Positions 33,344 to 40,476 of a stretch of 40,476 nucleotides of DNA are shown here, in pieces. This DNA comes from Catajapyx aquilonaris. Taxonomy: Eukaryota. Below the pieces are notes generated by a model, which saw nothing but the letters and a program-made list of their open reading frames with translations, was not told the origin of the DNA and made no database searches. The position numbers and the translations under genes are program-made. The stretch covers positions 62,001-102,476 of the forward strand of contig JYFJ02000904.1 in the NCBI GenBank assembly GCA_000934665.2, written 5' to 3'. How positions within the stretch are numbered: the stretch's first letter is position 1; each line of letters begins with the position of its first letter.

Positions 33344-36300
33344 TTGAACCACGGCTCACAACCCTCCAGTTGGAAACCACTGTTTTAGAGTAACAAAATC
33401 AACTCCTCCAGGGGTTCTTTCCCAGTCAGGGATTAACACAATTGGAAAGTTTCTCTAGAAGATTATGGCTCCTCCCGCAGGTTTGCGCGAGACATCGAAG
33501 ATTTGGGCATAAGAGCCCAGACTTAGAACTCAATTCCAGGTTAGCAAAATTTAAACAGACACATCCCTCATTCAGGCTTGAAGACAAGAAATAACGATAT
33601 GCAACTTGGCCTCAAAAAATTTACTTATCTTGGATCCACTGTAACAATGGATATCATGTTATGGCCATTTGGGACCCATTGAAATGACTTCAATAAAAGT
33701 TTGGAATGTAATGGCATAAATATCTTTGGGAAGCAAGTTCATCTCAATGGAAGTAAACAATAATGGATGAAGTGTCGTCACTTAGCATTGGTGCCATCAT
33801 GTGTGTCCAGAACTTTACGTTATCCTCCTATTGCGTTAAATAATATGCAATTTTGTTATAATTACAATTGTCATGGGCACAGTCAAATTAAAGCTCTAGA
33901 GTCTAGGTAAAGGATGACCCAATATTGGTCGTGTAATTTCGGTTTATAAATTACAAATACAAAGAAATATGATTATGTTGAAGACATGCTAGAGCAGTTC
34001 ACGTTTTCACTGACAGACAGTACCCCCAGCACCAGTTATTGTTCTTGCTATGCAAAATTAGAATGACAAAGTGCACAAGCAACAGAATCCTCTAGGTCAG
34101 AGAAGCTTGCCCTATGTTTCCAACAACTAAGAATACTTCTGACCCACTCCAGGTTACCTGCAATTTGATTACAAAAATTGACTTCCCTTTGGTTAATTGA
34201 TGTACACTGCAATGGATCGAAATTCTGTAAATGAGCTTTTGAGAACTACCAAATGGTCATTCTCACCCTACAGACGCGGCACCATATCTGCTACTTCCTT
34301 ACAAATGGCAAGAAACGTCAGCACAAAGATTTGCATGGAACCCAAATTGTAGCAATCTTGTAATTTTACCTGAAGCAGCACCCAATCCTCATGGATGTAC
34401 CACTCAGGACCCATGTCAGTTGCATCAGGGGTTGTCTTGATGACAGTTGGCGCCTTGAGACCAGGAACTGAAGGCAGAATCATCCTGGCAAGGCCCCTGT
34501 ACTTCTGCATCTTGACATCCCTGCGCAGCTTCATGAGAGCTGGGGTTGGCCTGTCAAAGAGTGACCTGGGCGTATTCAAGTCTTCTTTCCGGTTTGACTT
34601 CATCACTCGTCTAGTTTCTTCTTCCCTCTCAGGTGGCTGAATTCGGGGCTTCTCCTTCTTGGCGTACACTGGTGGAAGTTGTGACTCGGACATCACAGCC
34701 TGCTCATATAGCAAGCCCATGGTGTAGTCTATGTACACATCATTCTCGTCCTGAGGCGGGGTGGGCGGCGACCATGTCTGCCAATAACAGCCCGATGATA
34801 AACAACTTGTGACCCTACCATTGCATCTAGACCAACAGGAATACTTACAGGCATCTCTTCTTGACCATCAGAGGAGATCCACATCTGCAAAAAGTAAGTG
34901 TGTTTGGTAGCCTTTTCGGTTCCTGAGTGTGCACGGTGGGAAAAATTGCGACGCTGCACGTGTGAGAAACCTGCCTCTTACCCTGCTCTCAGTGCATGCT
35001 TATATCTTGGTCGTCTCCAAGTTTGGGATGGCAAGGCTAGTTTTGGTGCCGGCTACTCAAATATCTGATTGTAGCCAAAATAACTGATATGCGCGCATGT
35101 TAGGTTTGGGAAACTTATTACCATAAGGCTGACATAGGGTCCCAATAGTAGCGATGTGAAAGAGAGAAAAGAAATTTGGTCTCAAAGTCTTCATCGTCTC
35201 GAGTCAAGCCTATGCCATACCAAACGAATTTTGAAAATAACCCATCCCCAAAATATAAACAAGCACGTGGAGCTCTCGCCACATACAAAAAAAAGTGAAG
35301 AAAAGTTTCTTGACACCAAAACCGGTCTGTATTCACCCGAGAGTGGCACTTGGAAACGTACCAAGAAATAAGAACACACGTGGTTAGCAAGGGTACATGA
35401 TGTATTTTGGACACATTATTTACATAGTAAGTTCAAATTAAATCCTCAGGTCTAAGGATGTAAAAAATAATAATAATAAAGCTAAGGACAGAGGAAGTAT
35501 TGGAGGAAAAAAAATGCATACTCCCAGACCTTGGACATGAATCACAATAATGACACTCACTCGTACAGCCTCTCAACAGATGTACAACTCAACCTTCCAA
35601 ATACGTTCACCGAGTAATTAAAAAAGGAAAAACACGCAGACTTTGTACACAAAATGAAGTGGAGGGGAAGAGTACAACAGGGAAATTCCTTTCCAAACAT
35701 GTACGAAAAACCCTCAATTTTATCTGCTAGAAGCAACTTTCATCCACAATAATGAAACTAAGTAGCATGATTGGCTACAGCCTGTTGAGGGGAAGGGGGA
35801 GAAAAATCAGCTACACGCTGGGGGAAAAAAAGATCACTTGGATTGTCACTACATACGCACTGCTTGTGAAACCTAACTCTCACTGTCTTGGGCAAGATCC
35901 TTGCTTCTCACTATAGGGAGTGACGCCCTTTTGACGAGGGTGTCAGCAGGCACTGTCACCACATCAACATCACTGCTCCCCCCAGACTCATGGCGGGTCT
36001 TAAGAGATGCCCGCCTAGTCCGTATCACCAAATCTTGATTGGGATAGGACTTGACATTGTCGTCACCACCATTGGACAGATTCACTTTGCCCTTCCTCCC
36101 CCTACATCTATTAGGTGCCTGTTGTGGAGGTGTGGGTGAGCGCCGCCCTTTTTTCTCCAGCATTATCCCTTGCTCTTTCATGCGCAGAAGCTGCGATCGG
36201 CTGGGGGACACTGGCTTCACTCCTGGGAGTACTGGGCTCACATCCAGTGTCCACAAGTTGATGGCGACTGTGCCACGAGAACGTGTTGTCCGTGGGCTGT

Positions 36301-39300
36301 TTTCATCTATATGGTTTACTATAATGGCCGCTGGTGTTGAGGACCTGTCACTGCTGTCATCACCTTCCACATCCAGCTCACTTGAATCACTGGTTGATGA
36401 GGAATCACTCTCTAGCTTTCTGGCTCTACCTACCTTTCGACTACCGAGTGGCCTTCCCCTACCCCTCTTTTTACAGGCATTGGTAGCTCTAGAAGCACGC
36501 CCACCCAATGATCCCTTTGTGCTATTAACCTGGGAGTGTGCATCCTGCTGTGAAAAGGTGATCTGCTCATCATCAGAGAGCTGCGCCTGGCGTTCCTCCT
36601 CTTCCCTAAGTGCCTGAAGTCGACCCAGCTCCCATTCCCGCTTTTGATGCTCAATCTCTGCCTCGGCTGCTGCCAGAGTCTCAGCAGACCATGCCTCGTC
36701 TGTTGCTTCCACGAATCGCACAGCATACCTCTCCACTGGTGTCAACTGTTGAGGTGTGAACTCAATGTTAAGAGCTACCAACAATTTTGACAAGGAGTCA
36801 TGAATATGCCCCTATTCCCTTCTACAACATGACCACCGAAGTCCAAATATATTACTTCTGGGGGAAAACATCGAGTTCAACAAAGCTGGTACTGATTATT
36901 ATCCAGTATAACCAATAAGAAAATAATTTGGTGCAACACTATTTTATGATAATATTTTTAAAAGTGGACTGTACGCAGAACTCCTTTTTCTTGTTTCTTT
37001 TTTGTGGGCAACCAACATATTTGCAAAATAAGTGGTACGCATTCGTAACTCACCTGCTGTTCAAGCCCAAGCAACTCCTGTTCTGCTTTACTTATCTCTT
37101 GTTCAACCACCTCACCCTCTTCTAGAGGGATACTTTCATCAAACTCTGCAAGGTCAGCAGCTGCCTCAGCTTTAGCTGTCCTGGCAGCCTGGACGTCTGA
37201 CTCATCCTCAGCAGCTGCCAAGGCTGATTCCAGGGCACCCAGAGCAGATTTGTCCTTATCTTCTGGAGGTGCAGGGATCTATAATTAAAATAAACTGTTA
37301 GTCTTTCAAAGAGTTATACAAATTTACATATCTATTAATATGATGGAACTGGTGGGTAGCCTCAGATGTAATCATCCACAAAATATTTCAGAGATATGCT
37401 TGTTGTGTAAGCATCACAGGCTAATTGCACCATTAAATTTGTTAATAAGTACAACATACTCTGCAGAACATGAGGGATGTTAGACACAATAATACTCACA
37501 GTCTCTGACTTTTCTGGTTCCTCTTTACTGAGCACTTCTGCCATCCTCTTTGAAGGATCATTTTCAGAAAGGTCCACATTGAACAGTTCCTGGATGGTTT
37601 GCTACAAGAAAGGAAAGAGCCATTAATCTTCCTTACTTATGAAACAAAACTTGAACATAAAATTGTTGGCCTGAAGAAACTTGTGCTTGGTACTACCAAG
37701 GACAACAGGTTGCTTCATCAGGCAACTATAATGTAGCACCAGAGCGTAGGAGATCTATCATTTTATACATTGCTAGACACCTGATTGTAAGGTGCAACAC
37801 TCAAATCAAGGTGAAATCTGTAACTTACAGTTTTGAAGTAAGCAGTTGTGAAGTTTCCTCCTTCAATTGCCAGGTCACCCAACAGCTTCTTCTGATTTGC
37901 TTTCTTCAAGATGTTCTCCTCCACAGTCTTTTCACTCACCAACCTAGAATGGTATATCACTTGTACCACAAATTCTTCTCATCAATGAAAGGAACAGTTT
38001 CGAACTTGTTAAAAATGTGTGCTTGGGTTCTAGACTGTCAAACCAAGTATACTCAGGTGGACAGGCTGGTTCCTGCACTCTTTCTCAATTGATCTAGCAC
38101 CACTGCAAAGTCATCCAGAGCAACAAACCCAAGTCCTGGATGCTGATCGGTGATGCCTCTCTGCACTGTTATATTGCATGCAGATTAGCAAGGTTCCACT
38201 AAAGGGGTTCACTTTCTCTAAGTTTGAACATTGCTTGAAGTGACTACAAAGAGCAACCACCATACCAACCATGCAGTAGTGGAGATACAACTGAGTCGAA
38301 GCACTACCACGCCATACCACACTGAGCAACCACATCGAGCACATTAATTACAGCAATAATAAACAATGCAGACCTGTATATGTGGACATCCCTAGTCTGT
38401 CCAATGCGGTGGCATCTGTCCTGTGCTTGTGCATCCATGGTAGGGTTCCAGTCACTATCGTAAAAGATGACAGTGTCTGCACCGGTGAGGTTCACTCCTA
38501 TACCCCCCGATCTGGTTGACAGGATGAAGCAAAAGATACGCTTGTCTGCATTGAACCTCTCCATCAGGGTTTGTCGCTGGTCAACTCGGGTAGTACCATC
38601 CAGCCTCAGGTAGATGTGGCCATGATAGTTGAGGAAAGCCTCCAGGACATCAAGCATACGAGTCATCTGAGTGAAGATGAGGACACGATGATGGCCCATC
38701 TTCAAGTTACGCAGCAAGGCATCCAGTGTTTGAAGTTTGCCTGGGTAGACAAGTCATGTTCACCATCACAAAAAGGACATTGATAAAATAATAATGAACC
38801 ATTGCGTGTGGAAGAGCCTTTAAGAGTTAGTTCTGCAAAACCTAACCCCAACATTGATGATACTGACAGTGAGATGTGGTCACATTACTTACCACAATCA
38901 TATTGAATAAGCCTTGGGTGGGGGAACTGCGTGGCAGTTTCACTGTAGATATGATGGAGACAGGCAGCTGCAGGACTGACTTCCTGCTGCAGGCACTGCA
39001 TCAAACCCTTTTCCTTTGACAAATGGGCAGGTGATGGGTGCGAAACATGAAGTTGTGGCAAAGATGATGACACGGCCGGAATATAAAACACAAACCTGCA
39101 ATGCACCACCATTGTTAAAAAACTAAAGATTCAATAATAATCTGGCGTTCAAAAGACTGATATTGTGGATGGCCCATAGCTCCTTACCTGTCCAAAATAT
39201 CCCTGAGTTGCCACATGCACTGCTCTGGAGTCCACACAGCATCAGACAATGCCTGTGTCTGATACCAGAAACAGTCTGGATCATCGCTCTGCCACACAGC

Positions 39301-39492
39301 ATTCAGGCAGTGAACATAACCTGTCCCCTTCCAAATGCCTGTAGGGGTGGGCTTCACTGAGCTCACCATGTCCATTGCCTGCATGAGGTCTGAGCCATAT
39401 ATGGGACATGCCTGGCACTTGCGCAAATTTACCCTGGCCAAGCTGGATAGCCTCTCACGCCTTTCCCGCAATCGCCTTTCCTCAATCTCAGC
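28937..39492 (-). CDS. dom: Helicase domino / p400-SRCAP (SWR1-family SNF2 ATPase), 3' partial; long p400/DOM-A-like isoform
   Basis: Exons 39188-39492, 38893-39095, 38374-38740, 37829-37943, 37500-37601, 37054-37278, 36530-36745, 34849-34884, 34370-34777, 31055-32953, 29585-29962, 29150-29485 and 28937-28948 join in frame at GT-AG sites. Contains [64 protein letters not shown], p400-type WSPPTPPQD, a SANT-like region and a Gln-rich tail. Confidence 0.93.
29150..29485 (-). CDS. dom: domino exon (long isoform, low complexity)
   Basis: [16 protein letters not shown]...STPQDM|GTAAAC; if unspliced the frame stops at 29135. Confidence 0.8.
29585..29962 (-). CDS. dom: domino exon (long isoform, low complexity)
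   Basis: [15 protein letters not shown]...[16 protein letters not shown]; same composition as the previous exon, phase 0/0. Confidence 0.82.
31055..32953 (-). CDS. dom: domino exon (long isoform): SANT/Myb-like domain and Gln/Ala/Thr/Val-rich low-complexity region
   Basis: [51 protein letters not shown]... 633 codons to QHMTH|GTGAGT. Confidence 0.93.
33141..33382. mobile_element. hAT-superfamily (Charlie-like) MITE, 242 bp, in a domino intron
   Basis: Perfect 15-bp TIRs CAGTGGTTTCCAACT (33141-33155) / AGTTGGAAACCACTG (33368-33382). Exact 8-bp TSD TTTTAGAG at 33133-33140 and 33383-33390. No coding capacity. Confidence 0.9.
34370..34777 (-). CDS. dom: domino exon (long isoform)
   Basis: [21 protein letters not shown]...PRSLFDRP...[19 protein letters not shown]. 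Confidence 0.92.
34849..34884 (-). CDS. dom: domino 36-nt micro-exon (long isoform)
   Basis: [27 protein letters not shown], phase 0/0; leads into the p400-like WSPPTPP motif. Confidence 0.8.
35873..36745 (-). CDS. dom: domino exon with internal donor (36529); read-through gives the short SRCAP/DOM-B-like terminal exon with an AT-hook
   Basis: [16 protein letters not shown]...QQDAHSQ, then either CAG|GTTAAT splicing or a further 218 open codons ([13 protein letters not shown], acidic/Ser stretch, [17 protein letters not shown]) to TAG at 35873-35875. Confidence 0.85.
   Translation of the reverse strand: MTPVERYAVRFVEATDEAWSAETLAAAEAEIEHQKREWELGRLQALREEEERQAQLSDDEQITFSQQDAHSQVNSTKGSLGGRASRATNACKKRGRGRPLGSRKVGRARKLESDSSSTSDSSELDVEGDDSSDRSSTPAAIIVNHIDENSPRTTRSRGTVAINLWTLDVSPVLPGVKPVSPSRSQLLRMKEQGIMLEKKGRRSPTPPQQAPNRCRGRKGKVNLSNGGDDNVKSYPNQDLVIRTRRASLKTRHESGGSSDVDVVTVPADTLVKRASLPIVRSKDLAQDSES
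37054..37278 (-). CDS. dom: domino exon
   Basis: [11 protein letters not shown]...[35 protein letters not shown]...LEQQ|GTGAGT. Confidence 0.92.
37500..37601 (-). CDS. dom: domino exon
   Basis: [43 protein letters not shown]. Confidence 0.88.
37829..37943 (-). CDS. dom: domino exon
   Basis: [48 protein letters not shown]. Confidence 0.94.
38374..38740 (-). CDS. dom: domino exon, helicase C-terminal domain
   Basis: [14 protein letters not shown]...[16 protein letters not shown]...[28 protein letters not shown] (SNF2 motifs IV-VI). Confidence 0.97.
38893..39095 (-). CDS. dom: domino exon
   Basis: [12 protein letters not shown]...[20 protein letters not shown]. Confidence 0.92.
39188..39492 (-). 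CDS. dom: domino exon (ATPase insertion region)
   Basis: [39 protein letters not shown]...LD-AG|GTAAGG. Confidence 0.88.
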
Positions 39493-39547
39493 CTGGGAAG
39501 AAAAAGTCCCGTCATTCACGATGACATGGTTTTCAAGGGCAATTGCG

Positions 39548-39610
39548 TGGGAGGGGGGGGGAGGAGGAGGCAGGAAGAGAGAGGGGGGGGAGAGAGAGAG
39601 AGAGAGAGAG
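39548..39610. repeat. Polypurine tract: G-runs, (GGA)n and (GA)n in a domino intron
   Basis: Almost pure G/A for ~60 nt, read directly. Confidence 0.85.
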
Positions 39611-39864
39611 AGCATGCAAAAGGCCTGTTGTGATATAGCACATAATCTGATGAAAAACCATCAAATTCTCAGATCATTAAGAGTAGCACATATTACTCTC
39701 CCTTTCGCATGTCGGAAGGTCAAGCAAAGTTACACATGACCTACCAAAGGCTTGAAAGGTAACGACACTCGTAACACACAAGACTATATTTAAAATGAAA
39801 CTAGCTCATGCCTTCAAGTACAGTGTCCTCTCTTGGGTCCCTTGGATCTCATGGAAACTGAATA

Positions 39865-40476
39865 CAGGGTGTACAAAAAAGAATATCGTGGTTTTATGTG
39901 GTCATTGTTGCTAGGCAATTGGCTGTAGAAATATGGATCCTACGTGAGATGAAACAGCAAGTTTCAAAGATTCATATGGTATGTGCCGAAGTTGTTCCCC
40001 CCATCTCTCGGTCACGTGACAACCCCGCTTTTCAAAGATGTCGTCTCCAGAGCAGAAAGTGTTTTGTGTCCTCCAGTTCGCGAAGTGCAAATGGGTAGTT
40101 ACTGTTCAGAGGGCGTTCCGGAGACAATTTGGAGGTGATCCCCCATCCGACAACAACATTCAGCGGTGGTACAACCAGTTCCAGAGACAAGGTACCTCTG
40201 CAAAGGCAAGAGTATGGGACACCCGCGTGTGTCAGAAGACAAATTGGACAGCGTCAGGGAGTCCTGTTCTCTTGCCTTTGCAGAGGTACCCTGTCTTTTG
40301 GAACTGGTTGTACCACTGCCGAATGTTGTTGTCGGATGGGGGATCACCTCCAAATTGCCTTCGGAACACTCTCTGAACAGTAACTACCCATTTGCACTTC
40401 GCGAACTGGAGGACACAATACACTTTCTGCTCTGGAGACGACATCTTTGAAAAGTGGGGTTGTCACGTGACCAAGA
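39865..40476. mobile_element. Non-autonomous Tc1/mariner-superfamily derivative made of two inverted copies of the element's 5' end (N-terminal HTH of the transposase); right end outside the window
   Basis: Starts TA|CAGGGTG at 39863-39871. MSSPEQKVFCVLQFAK...VQRAFRRQFGGDPPSDNNIQRWYNQF resembles the DUF4817-type N-terminus of insect mariner-like transposases. It occurs on + (from 40038, frameshifted) and on - (from 40444). No DDD/E domain is present. Confidence 0.85.

Noticed and set aside
29142..36617. Many + strand ORFs over 29.1-36.6 kb (e.g. 36051-36617, 32373-32720, 29142-29489)
   Set aside because: Antisense shadows of domino exons; stop-poor because of the codon bias of the real strand.
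39493..39615. N-terminal extension of ORF 39184-39615 (MLSLSLSLSPPSLFLPPPPPP)
   Set aside because: Translation of the intronic (GA)n/G tract; the real exon begins after the acceptor at 39493.

Overview
Eukaryotic, probably arthropod, genomic DNA. The right three-quarters hold two intron-containing genes on the minus strand. The first is the 3' part of a domino/p400-SRCAP SWR1-family chromatin remodeller (39492 down to 28937; the 5' part lies beyond the window). It has two alternative C-termini: a spliced p400/DOM-A-like SANT + Gln-rich tail, and an unspliced SRCAP/DOM-B-like AT-hook tail. The second is a complete Nemo-like kinase (NLK/nemo; 9 coding exons, 26328 down to 15314, 508 aa by my exon model). 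Its promoter starts almost at the domino poly(A) site and its 3'UTR may be about 5 kb. The domino introns carry a hAT MITE and a fold-back Tc1/mariner derivative. The first ~10 kb has no recognisable gene. It is packed with stem-loops, including two 120-150 nt near-perfect palindromes and pre-miRNA-like hairpins, mixed with broken protein-like frames. This is the least explained and most interesting part, but I cannot identify it. All exon boundaries and hairpins were read by eye; nothing was searched or folded computationally.
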